Position numbers and translations under genes: made by a program. Positions 12,225 through 23,970 of a DNA stretch of 64,000 nt are shown one piece after another. The DNA is from the human T2T-CHM13v2.0 reference genome, Homo sapiens: NCBI RefSeq assembly GCF_009914755.1, contig NC_060932.1; one strand, written 5' to 3'. The notes below the pieces were generated by a model. The model did not search any database and was not told where the DNA came from. It saw nothing but the letters and a program-made list of their open reading frames with translations. Within the stretch, counting starts at the first letter, position 1; each line of letters starts with the position of its first letter.

Positions 12225-15200
12225 TCTAAGTGGAGATGCTCCCCTGACCTTTGACAGATCTATTGGTGCTTGATACCAGCATGAGCTAACTTTATGGCTC
12301 AAACCAAGAGGACAATTTGCTGAGGTCTGAGAGCACCCCCTCCAGAGAATCCCTGATCTCCCAAAATCTGTTCAAGATCTAAAGTTGATTTTGCTGTACA
12401 GCTCCTCTTTTGTTTTTTTTGTTTTTTTTTTTTTTGGAGCTCTTCTTGTTTCCAACACAAGGAAGGCAAGTTTTTCCTGCTTCCATGATGATGGAAGGCA
12501 GGCAACTCCTTTATGGAGTTTGAGCTTGCTTCCAGGAAGAAAGATGCGTTATATTTTTCCCCTGCTTCTAGGATGGTAGAGAGCAGTCTTTAGCCTGAGA
12601 CTCATCGCTAAGTAAGTAACTGAATTGGGGTTTGTCTTGGCTGAACTTAAGATTAACAACCAGCTGGTCTCAATTTCTCCTTACCATTGGAGCACCCAGT
12701 GATCATATTGTTGAGATTTTTGTTGTTGTTGTTTGTTCTGGTCTTTCTCCCATCAGATTTGACCAACTCTACCTGACTTAGTCAAATCTGAGTGACAATT
12801 TCAAATTCAAGGCCTCTTGAATTTGGCTAAAATTCATCGCAGCTGCAAAAGGAAAAAAAAAAAGAGAAAACAAAAAAGCATGTGCTTGGTTTCTGTGTTT
12901 GCTTCCTGTCTTAAAAAAAAAAAAAAAGATTGCTCTTTTGTTTACTTTTATTCCACCCAATACCTCCTTCCCCCTTTGCTATTGGCAGTACCAAAAAATC
13001 TAGAGAAGGCTTCTAATGACTTGAACCCCTTTAAAGAATTCAGAACGAAGGCACTACTTATCCTCTTTGGGGGTGTTATGTTTTCTTTGGGGAGTTTTCT
13101 AGAGTCATGGGAAGATTCTTTTTAGGTCTAAAGATCTGTTTTTCTGTATTGCATGACCTGATCTTTTTCGCTTGGGGTAACAGGGATGACTTCGCCCTGT
13201 GAGAGGATTTGACCTTGGCATAGATAATGGCAGACAAGAGCTACAAAGTTACGGGTGGATGAGCAGTTTGCAGGAAGTGGTCTTGGCTGTTTTTTCTTTT
13301 CTCTCCTAGGAAGTTGTTGTTTGAGGATCCTAATTCTAGCTTGGAGGTGCATTCTAAAGGGTCTTTGCTATTGCTTTTTCTCCCAAAATTCATCTTAATT
13401 TGGTTTGTCTGTGCATATTTGCATGAGAAACTGAACTGTTGTTTTCACACATTAATGAGAGACTTGGGTTTTCTTAGCTTTGAAGAGAAAGGGCATTTGC
13501 TTCTCCCAGCTGAAAGGTATCCCTGAGTGACTGGGGGCCTCATAGGAATGTCTGAGGGTTGACCCCCTGCCATGTGCAGTGGCCATGCAGGGAAATCCCC
13601 AACAAAAAATAATTTTCAAAATGGTTGGTCTAGGAAATGCATATAAGGGCTGATCACCTGGTGTTTTGAGCCCTCTCAGAGTTCATAGACATCTGGAGAG
13701 AGAGTAACTGAGACATGTAAGAGGGTGGAAACAACTCAGCAGTGATACATGGTTGAGTCCTGCCCACAAGCAGCACATACCGATCTACCACACAAAAACC
13801 CTAGGCCACAGCTAAGTTTCTCCTTTTAAGGAATAAAAAAGTGGGAAATAATCTAAGAATGAAAAGAAAACAAGGAGAATGACCCTCCCCCTTTCGAGCA
13901 CTCTGTAGGTTTCAGGGCAGCTCTGCTTGCCAGGGTAAAATGGAAATAATATGGTGTTTGTGTACATTTGCATTAAGGAAAAAGAGCCCTAAGGTCCACC
14001 TGGAAACTACAGTTCCCAGGTTCTCTTTTTCTCTATTTTTCTTTTCTGCCTGTTTTAAATCTGCTGTTACTTTTCTACTGAGATGAAAACCACTCTTTGG
14101 AACTAACAGGTTGTTTTTTTTGTTTGTTTCCAAGTTGGTGAATTTATATTTATCTCATGGCTAAAGTACTGAAGAAAAAGCTACAGAATCTGTGTGTGTG
14201 TGTATGTGTGTATGTATATGTGTGTGTGTATATATATATATTTGAAGGCCTTTATAATAGACTTCTATAATTTTATGTTCAATTGGCAATTAAATTTGTT
14301 TTAATTTCCCTCTAGCTCACCAGAGTTTCTCTTGATACTATCATGTAAATTGTGCTATCTGATTTTCTCCTAAGTTGTTTCCTTTAATATGCAGATTTAG
14401 CCTGTTTAGCTGACAACTGCCAGGGTAAGGAAACAGGTTATCAAGAGTTTGCAAGTCTAAGATAGGAAAAAAAAAAAAAGGAGGTCTTAAGAATCTATAA
14501 GATGTATTTGTATCAGCATACCTAATACATCTATTTATTTATGTGCTGTGTACACAAAGTTTCACTACTGAAAATATGTAAAGAATTCTCATTAATTGGC
14601 TTAAGAAAATAAAGGTGTTTGAATCAAATACTTTACCGGAAAAAAAAAAGACTAGTCAAATGCTTTTTCAAGTTTATGTAACTTAAGTAAAATCCTTAAT
14701 AAATAAGCTAGCTTTAAAATTGTTCGTAAAGTAATATTAGAAATGTCTTAAGAATTGCCAGCATACAATTTTTGGTTGCATTTATTAATCAAGTAATTTC
14801 ATATTTATCCCTGCCAAATACTATAAGGTGTCAAAATTTGGCATAGGAGTAACAAAACTATAAACCCAGTCCAATACAGAATGATTTTTGCTGTGTAATT
14901 TTTAATAAATAAGACATTGATATTGGTTTAATGAAAATAGCTACACCTTGAATTTAGTGAGATTACTATAACTTCTAATACTGTGACTTTAGGCAGTCTA
15001 TTACACAGGCAATAAGGAGGGTTTTTCTGGGGAAAGAACTGTTATCATCTTTGTTTCAGACTAAACTATAAACTAAATTCCCCCCAATGTTAGTCCAGCC
15101 TATGCTCAGGAATGAACAAACACAGCTTGGAGGTTAAAAGCAAGATGGATTCAGTTAGGTCAAATCTTTTTCAGTGTCTCAGTTATAACTTTGCAATGGT

Positions 15201-15638
15201 GGTCCCATAACTTTAAATGATGACTATTGCAGTTTTCATAAATAATCTAGGTAAACAAAATAAAATAATTAGTAAATGTAATGGGATAAATACTTGCAGA
15301 CAAACATCATAAATTAGAATAAATTTACATTAATTAAATAATAGAGATTTCATTTTTTGGGTGTTTTCCAATGAAAATTTGGGAAAACATTCTTCTTAAA
15401 AAAAAAGTGTGTCCTTTTTAAAAAGGGTGAACAAGTTTTGTCTAATCCAAAGCTTAAAGTTTATGTAGGAAACAAAGTAAAGGAACCAGAAAATAAGAGA
15501 GATGTAAAGAAAATTATAAAAATAAAGAGGTTTTGATGTGATAAGAAAGCTTAAAGAGAAATAATTTTATATATAAAAAAAATCTTATATAGTAAATTTA
15601 GTCCTAAAACGACTGGTTGTTTAAGAAAGAGGGATGTT

Positions 15639-15892
15639 GGCTGGGCACAGTGGCTCACACCTGTAATCCCAGCACTTTGGGAGGCCGAGACAGGCAGATC
15701 ACGAGGTCAGGAGATTGAGACCATCCTGGCTAACATGGTGAAACCCCATCTCTACTAAAAATACAAAAAAATTAGCCAGGCATGTTGGCAGGTGCCTGCA
15801 GTCCCAGCTACTCAGGAGGCTGAGGCAGGAGAATGGCATGAACCCGGGAGGCAGAGCTTGTAGTGAGCCGGAAAAAAAAAAAAAAAAAAAAA
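15639..15892 (+). mobile_element. AluY/Sc8-like, lacking the last ~50 nt of the right arm
   Basis: GGCTGGGCACAGTGG...GTGAGCCG followed directly by poly(A). TSD GAAAGAGGGATGTT at 15625-15638 and 15894-15907. Confidence 0.93.
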
Positions 15893-16248
15893 CGAAAGAG
15901 GGATGTTAAGGACAAACCATAAAATCTAAGAATGTCAGGAATGGTCTGTGTAAGCCACAATGAGACAATTTATTAAAAAAAAGAAAACTTGAATATGATC
16001 AAGTTGTTTATAATTAAAGGGAAATTATAATGCTCTGTCCAGAGATTGGGCTTGATGTAAAAAAACACACTTATACACTAAATTATTGGTTGGAACAATG
16101 AAATTTTCTTAAGAAGCCGATCCACTCTTAATAAATAATGAGATTCCAATCTTTTTAACCGAAAGTTCAATTTTTATTGTTTTTCAGCTTTCTCGCCCCT
16201 TTTAAAAGGCCTATTTTTCTGTTTCATAAGGTTTTTAATTATTAATTC

Positions 16249-16803
16249 TTTTTTTAAATTATACTTTAAATTCTGGGGTACATGAGCAGAACGTGCAGTT
16301 TTGTTACAAAGGTATATATGTACCATGGTGGTTTGCTGCACCCATCAACCCGTCACCTACATTGGGTATTTCCCCTAATGCTATTCCTCCCCTAGCCCCT
16401 CAAACCCCAACAGGCCCCGATGTGTGATGCTCCCCTCCCTGTGTCAATATGTTCTCATCGTTCAACTCTCACTTATGAATGAGAACATGTGGTGGTTGGT
16501 TTTCTGTTCTTGTGTTAGTTTGCTGAGAATGATGGTTTTCAGCTTCATCCAAGTACCTGCAAAGGATATGAACTCATCCTTTTTTATGGCTGCATAGTAT
16601 TCCATGGTGTATAAGGCCACATTTTCTTTATCCAGTCTATCATTGTTGGGCATTTGCGTTGGTTCCAAGTCTTTGCTATTGTGAATAGTGCCACAATAAA
16701 CATACATGTGCATGTCTCTTTATAGTAGAATGATTTATAATCCTTTGGGTATATAACCAGTAATGGGATGGCTGGGTCAAATGGTATTTCTAGTTCTAGA
16801 TCC
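16249..16803 (-). mobile_element. 5'-truncated L1PA (about PA7-8) 3' end nested in MER4-int
   Basis: TTATACTTTAAATTCTGGGGTACATG...; minus-strand ORFs match the ORF2 C-terminus (EIPFDPAIPLL, MFIVALFTIAKTWNQ). TSD TAAAAGGCCTATTTTT at 16203-16218 and 16818-16833. Confidence 0.93.
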
Positions 16804-19537
16804 CCTAAAATCAAATGTAAAAGGCCTATTTTTTTAAAGATCTAAATGAAATGTTTTCTTCCAACATAATATTCTGTGCAGTAAAGGAGGTCTTTTCTTT
16901 TGCCTTTTGGTAACTGGCCTAACAGATTTTATGTTTTATTGAGATAATTACCATACCATTATTATTAAGTTTGGTTTGCTTAGGAAAAAATAAGATACAT
17001 GTATATATTTTTTAATTAAAGTTATTACATCCATGTATCTTCCTATATGTGCCTTTAAAGTTCTTATGACATTGAGTTACAGGGCTTTGACACCTGGGTA
17101 TAAAAAAGACACCAAGACCTACTAAATCTTAAATACTGATAGCAATTAAAGCCTCATCCTCAGGTCCTGTAGAAGATGCCAATCAAACTATAGTGCATTC
17201 CTGAGACACAGGGCCAGAAATTAAAGCTATTCAACTCCTCAAGGCCCAGGGGCTATAGTGGAAGAGGTGGGCACATGAGATTGTAAGGGCTGATTTTGAA
17301 AGATAAAATAAATTCAGTTTCTCTCTAAATTAATCATCAATGTCAAATTACACTGATGCAAAAACAGTATATGGGCCCCTATGTCAGATTAACAAGGTTT
17401 TCTTTAAGCATTAACCAATTCCTTAATAAAGGTTATAAAGGTTATCAAAGATTTATGGAAGTTATGTCTATGGTCAAGATTAAAATTATATAATTGGTAA
17501 AATTTTGAAAAACAAAGTTAATTACCTTCATGATGTTTTTATTAGGGCTTATTGTTTGGAAAATTAAGTCTCCTCTCTCAAAGAATGAAGGTTTTCACCT
17601 TTTTTTTGAAATCCTTGAGTTATCACTTTGGTTAAATGAATGGCTTACTTACAGAATAGTAATCCTATTTTGTGAAATCAAGTCTTTTAAACCCTTGATA
17701 TTTGACAGACTTTCCCAAATCAAGTTATAAATTATGTCTTTTTCTGACCTAATTAATCCTTTAAGATATTAGGTTTAATAAAGTCCAAAAATGACATCAT
17801 TTGGCTTATTGGGTACAAAAATTATGCAGGAAGCATTGTCAAATATGAAATGGCATTTGGTTTTCTTTGGGCTGTATTAGTATAAATATGTTATTGGTAT
17901 GTGTTGCCAAATTATGGGAAACTCCTGTAATTCTCATATGACATGTACATTATAAGTAATAGTCATAATTGTTATGTTAAAATTATTGTGTGCCACAGAG
18001 GTAACAGATTTTCTTGTCAACTGTGCCTTTGACTATGGCTGCCCTAAAACTTTTTGTCATCCCTGGACAACTGTTGGGTTGTTCTGGTACTCTTTAGAAG
18101 GTGGTTTTATAATCAGCTATTAAACTGTAACAGGTGCTCCTGAATGCAGGTTTCTGATAACTTTGGAGATTTTGATATCAGAATAGAGGAAACATTTTTA
18201 AGACTGATGGAGAGCTAAAATATTCACAAATATCAGGCAGAACAGGAATTAACTGCATGAACTGAACTAATATTTTTGACTTTTTGCTTTGTTTTGTTTT
18301 TCAGGGTCTTAAAACTTTTGAGCTATTGACAGCTTTTAACAATGTATTAAAATCCTATGAATAAACTTTGGAGCATATTTGTTTCTCCCTGATTTTGCCA
18401 GAATTTGGAAACTATTTGTGTGTATTCTTAGCTTATGGCAATACAGTTATTTGTATAAGTGCAATAAAAATCTGTTTCCATTTGTAACAGGACACAATTG
18501 GAAAAATCTGGTTATTTTTACCAAGCCTTTGACTGGAATGGTGTGCTTTCCTTTAAAGAATCAAATGACTTAATGGAGCCAGTAAAAGTATTTTGGAAGA
18601 CTGCCTTCATAGTTTCCACAGTCCCTGTACAGGGTTTCTGACCTGTAGTAAGTAAAGAATGTCACTTTCTGACAGGTCCAGGAGCCCACAGTTTATCTTG
18701 AAACCCCAAGAGTAGAGGAAATTCACCCAACTTGTAGGTATTTGATGGTAGAAATCGATGGCTGGGCTTGGCTTTAAAAAAGTCTTATCTGAGATTCTTT
18801 CTGTGGAACAAAGTTCCATCAAAGCCAATTTAAAAAATTCTATATGAAAAATAATTATTCTTGCTGTACTTTATACAAATAATCTGTCCAAGTATAATAA
18901 GGCAAATCAGCCCTACTATGATTTTTCTTTAGTAAAAATGGGAAACTGGAGACAGAAAGATCATGTTTCAAAAACTATATTACACCTCTTGTTATATTCT
19001 AGTCTTGCCTCATGTTTTTCAATTTTTATTATTTTCTACAGCTTCGGCTGAATTCTAATTTTTCCTGGCTACAAGCCTCCAAAATAATATTTTCACTTTT
19101 TTCTTCTTTCTTTTCCTTTTTCCCACATTTTTTCCTGATTTGAAATCACTGAAAACTAAGCTGTGCTTTCCTAAAGCCCTGTGAACTGAAGCTAGACATC
19201 TTAAAATTCAGAAGAAAATAACAGCAACCTACTTACATATATAAGCCACTTTCATACCTGCCTACTGATGTATGACTTCAGAGTAATATGGCCTATATCG
19301 ATTTTCCAGAATTATTCTTCAGTTTGTTACTGTTTTTCTCCCTTCCTCCCCCTATTTTCTCTTTACAGGACATGAGACTTCACAACCTTCTAACCATGAG
19401 CTTTCCTAATAACTTAGGGCCTACCTGCCTAGGAATAAACCATTCTAGCCATGCGATACAGACAAAACCTGGAACCAAAGAATCATTTTCTTCTAAAATG
19501 CCTTATCCAAAACATTTGTAAAAAGAAAGGAAAGAAA

Positions 19538-19984
19538 TGTGAAAGGAATATATCTTGGGCCCCAAAATCATTAAGCCAGAAAGAAAATTCAAGCTGGGAA
19601 CTACTTGGGGCAAACCTACCTTCCATTCTTTTAAAAGTTATCCCTCTACTCCCGAGATAATTGCTTATCTGATTGCCTCCTTTAGAAAGACTAATTATAA
19701 ACTCAAAAGAATGCAACTGTTTGTCTTTCACCTACCTGCAACCTGGAAGACCCCTCCCCACTTTGAGTTTTCCCACCTTTCTGGACTGAACCAATGTTCA
19801 TTTTACATGTATTGATTGATGTCTTCTGTCTGCCTAAAATGTATAAAACCAAGCTGTGCTCTGACCACCTTGGGCACATGTCATTAGGACCTCCTGAGGC
19901 TGTGTCATGGGTGTGTATCGTCAAACTTGGCAAAATAAACTTTCTAAGTTAACTGAGACCTGTCTCAAATTTTCTGGGTTCAAA
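19538..19984 (+). mobile_element. MER4A1 3' LTR
   Basis: TGTGAAAGGAATATATCTTGGG...TGTATAAAACCAAGCTGTGCTCTGACCACCTTGGGCACATG...AAATAAACTTTCTAA; a direct repeat of 11758-12204. Confidence 0.92.
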
Positions 19985-20728
19985 ATATCTATCTAGTCTT
20001 AAGTAAAACACAAAATATGTAGAGAAAACAGATGTTTCTGAGGAACTTTGTTACTAAATATAACCATAACAATTAATTGCATTATTACTACTTTCCAATA
20101 CATTAAAAATCTAAAATTCTGCCCTACAAAGAAATCACAACATGAAGGCATTATTTAAAACCTCTCCTTTTTCCATTATTTTGCCAATCTCTTTGAATCA
20201 TCTTTAATGCTTGCTGAGATTGAAATTTACATAACAACCAGTAACCATCTAGTTGTTCCCCAATCTCTTCACCTTCTAACATCTAAATTCAGGGCTTCTA
20301 AAAAGTACTTTAAACTTTGGTTGAAGTGAGAGGCAGTGGTGGAGACTTACTTATAGGTGATTTTTTCTTCCTGAGGAGGAAATACAGTCTTCTTCATATA
20401 CCTGTTGGTTCCTTCCCTCTCTGCCTTAGGTGATCCAGCTGTAACCATGATACTCTCCCTTTCCCCCAGTGCAAGCAGCTGAACTGTCCATGATGTCATA
20501 ATCACAATTCCATTACCTCACTGTGCTGGAGGCCTTAGAGGAAGGGGAAGTTGTGAACAGCCCTGGGCTCTCCTTAAGCTTTGCAAAGTGTTCTGGATAG
20601 GGCTAATTGAAGAACCAAGAGAGAAAGGCCCCCAAACTGTTGTAAATTCTAGGCTTAAAAGGTTTAAGCCCATCCTGCAGCTAGAGGAGGGGTTCCTGGG
20701 ACTCAGAGCAGACCCTTTAAGACCATGG

Positions 20729-20778
20729 ACTACATTTCCCAGCAGCCTTCATGTCACATTGGCGTCCTCTACTGGTGG
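20729..20778. promoter_or_regulatory. Candidate ZNF143/THAP11 motif (+) next to a CTCF motif (-)
   Basis: ACTACATTTCCCAGCAGCC at 20729-20747. Reverse complement of 20760-20778 is CCACCAGTAGAGGACGCCA. Motif match only. Confidence 0.45.
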
Positions 20779-21761
20779 AGAGGGGAGTCCTTCCAAGAGA
20801 GGGCTGTAGAGGGCAGAGCAGGGCAGGAGAGCAGCTGAGAGGAGCCTTGGCTAATACTATTAAGGACCAGGATGACAAAGAAAACCACTTCTTTCCCCCC
20901 GAAACAAAACAAAACAAAAGACCAAAAAATAAACAAAAAAGAGTTTTGTATGTAAATCTGTGTGTCAGAGTTGTTTTCCTAGGAAACCTGACCATAAACA
21001 TTTGAAGCCAGGAATCAACCAAAGTAGCCAACTCTAAAATGGGAGTTTGGGGTTGGATGGCTTGCTGGCTGGTTGGCTGTGAAGACCCTACTGTTAGTGG
21101 TAGTTGACTGACTAATAAATAGCCCATGGGTATGACTTGTGGTAGTGGTATAATTATTAAACTTCCGTTGGTGTTTAACTGAGAAGAAATACCAGTGGAA
21201 AGGAATATATTAGAAAGTGCAATGGCTCAGGATTTTGAGAGTTCTATAGGAATTAGTAATACTAACTTTATAAAATCCAGTGGGTGCTGCTGAGTTTCTT
21301 CAATGCTTCAGAACGTCTGGGGATGATTAATCTCCAATTAAAACCTAAGTGTGAAAGCCAGATGGCCTCCTTGGCAGCATGTAAAGAGACTCATTTCCTA
21401 CAGCTGGAACATAGGAAAAGCTCAGGATCATGGCTAAGTCTTAATTATGAGAGAAGGAGAGCTCCAGAGAAAGCTGTATTCTCAATGCTAGCAATATGTT
21501 ACACTGAGGTCAGAGACCTGATAGAAAGGATTGGGACTCTGAGACTTCATATAGAGTTATCTTTGTCAATGTATTCAGAAGTCATTAAACCTCCGACTCT
21601 CTTGGAACCTCTATACCTGCAGAATATCTCAGTCCTCTGTGTTAAAGCTGAAAACTCAGCTATTGAAGAAAATGCACAGTTATCTTCCTTGTTGAAAACA
21701 TGTGCTCCCCTCATCATCTAACCTTACATCTCTTTCTAAGTGCAGTTTTAATGATTAGCAT

Positions 21762-22210
21762 TGTATTAGTTTCCAGTGTTTGCTTTAACTAGTTAGCACA
21801 ATTAGTGACTTAAAACAACAGAAATTTATTATCTTATAGTGGAGGCTAAAAGTCTGAAGTCAGTATCAGTGATCCCAAATCAAAGTGCTGTCAGGATTTC
21901 TGGTCATTACGGGCATTTCTTGGCTTGTGGTTTAATCATTCCAATTTCTGCCTCTATCTTTGCCTTCTGCCTTCCCCTCTTCTGTCTGTGTTAAAACTCC
22001 CTCTCCCTCCCTCTTATAGGGGTGCATGTAATTGTATTTGGGGCTCACCCTAGTAATTCAGGATAATATTCCCATCTCAAGATTCTTAACACATTTGAAA
22101 GACCCTTTTGCCTCATAACATTTTTATGTCACAAGCATTAGGACTTAACATTTTTATGTCTCAAGTATTAGGACTTAATATTTGGGGGTGGCCATATTTA
22201 GCCTACTACA
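21762..22210 (-). mobile_element. MLT1 (B/C-like) MaLR solo LTR
   Basis: TGTATTAGTTTCC...CTTAAAACAACAGAAATTTATT...GCCTACTACA. Perfect 5-bp TSD AGCAT at 21757-21761 and 22211-22215. Confidence 0.9.
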
Positions 22211-23527
22211 AGCATTAATTCATAATATTATCCGGTATGGAAAGGAATAGACATTTTTATTAATGGTACAGAATACGTCATAAGTGAATTGCAGATCTTA
22301 GCCAACAATTACTAGAAGGAGACAGGATTGTATGTGTGTGATTGGATTCTGAAGGTGCTGAATCAAGGGTGGAGGAATGTAATAATGAATTAAGGAGAAT
22401 TTTAGACTACATAAGATCACTTTCTCATGATACAGTAAGCATCACATTAAACTACATGTTTTAGCTTTTTAGGTGCTTGCCACCTAAGCACTTTAGACAT
22501 TTTGTGTATAGGGACCAGAAGATAAGTAAAGAACGCATTATCTTGACAAGGGTGTTTTCTTCTGATCAGCAGAAAGTGGTACAGATGGTTTTACACAATT
22601 AGGGAAGGAAGAAATAGGTGTGTAACTCATGCCATCAATTCATTTTAGTATCCCTTAGTGTTTTATTTCTAATTGTAACCATAAATGTATTCATGCAACA
22701 TTTCTGGCCTCAGAAGAGGGTGGTTACCAAGAACTCACATCACTCAGGAATGAGAGTTTGAGTTCCGTTACCACATAAGAAACCAAACTGCAAAGATGAT
22801 AGCTGAGCATGAGAATTTAGAATAAATAATAGAGGAAGAAGGCTATAGAAGCCAAGCTTGGCCTTGAAAACAACTACGGAGCTGGGTCTGCGTGTCACTA
22901 ACCTCCCTCTTCTAAATTTGAACTGAGAAAGAGAGGCCCATAGGAGCCATAGAGGAGCTGCTTCCCGCCTGTGCATATGTTAAGCGTATTTGTGCGGTGC
23001 AAGAAGTATGAAATTGTAGCAAAAAATGTTTTCATGCTTCTGAATGTTCATGGCTTTCAGAGCAACAAATACAGGCAATCTAGGTTAATGGACTGTTGAA
23101 CAGAAACCTAAGAATAAAATACTCCTGAGAGATGTATAAGTTTATCTCTTTCTGAACCATGTGTTTACACTTTGAAAAGGAAAAAAACCTCAAGCCATGA
23201 AGGAAGGCAAAAACCTAGGGACTTTTCTTTGAGATTTGTTTACATTAGGAAAATAAGATTTCTCTTCTTTCCTCAGGAGGGGAGGGCGGTAGCTGCACAG
23301 CAGCTCCTTATAAGATCCTAGATTTGTCACTTGAGGGCTCCTCTTCTGTAGCACAGACCCGAAAGTGCAGTTGACAACTGCCCTCATTTCATTGCCTTGG
23401 AGAGACTGGGATAAGGGAAAGTGATGTTGTTATTGCTGTAATTAATTCTAATGTCTGATCCAGAAAATAGATGCTTTCTTTCCGAAGAAAATTATAAATA
23501 TAGTGTTAAAACCTGATCAGAGTCAGG

Positions 23528-23970
23528 TTTTGACAGCCATGCAGTTGTGCTGCTCAGATGTCCTTTCAAGAGAACCTGTTGTGAGCAGCGTAGATGGTAA
23601 CAATCCTCCATCTGTCACACATTTGGATTTCCAGCAGTCTCATGACAAGGCTGCATTCTCCCCGGATTTCCTATAGACAAAGAATAAGCATGACTAGGGA
23701 ATAAAGTTGGGTTGTTTCTAGCCCAATGTATTACTCCACTAATGGGCATTTTTTCCTCTGGGGCTTCTCGTTTACTTGGTCAAGAATTTCTCAGAGCTTC
23801 ACTGCAGTCTGCGACTCTTCCAAATCAATTCTTCTTTCTTTCCCCTTGTTTTTATAGTTATAAATTCTATGTCAAGGTTACAAGGTTCTGCCTACCTTCT
23901 CCTGCCCATTAAATGTCTTCATCGTCTAATTATGTCTTTGTGTGTGCTTCTCAGAAGACCTTAACTAACA
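23528..23970 (+). mobile_element. LTR16A/B-like ERVL LTR
   Basis: GACAGCCATGCAGTTGTGCTGCTCAGATGTCCTTTCAAGAGAACCTG...GCTTCTCAGAAGACCTTAACTAACA. Confidence 0.7.

Larger units (their letters stand above)
12205..19537 (+). mobile_element. MER4-int non-autonomous ERV1 internal region
   Basis: Lies between paired MER4A1 LTRs, with a PBS at the 5' end and a purine tract AAAAAGAAAGGAAAGAAA at 19520-19537. AT-rich, with no recognisable gag/pol/env ORF. Confidence 0.88.

Noticed and set aside
21284-21721. 145-aa ORF as a domesticated gag gene
   Set aside because: Non-ATG start; only part resembles ERVL Gag in frame, and neighbouring gag/pol is full of stops and frameshifts.
22116-22175. Direct repeats as a CRISPR-like array
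   Set aside because: Two adjacent copies with no spacers, in a primate genomic context.
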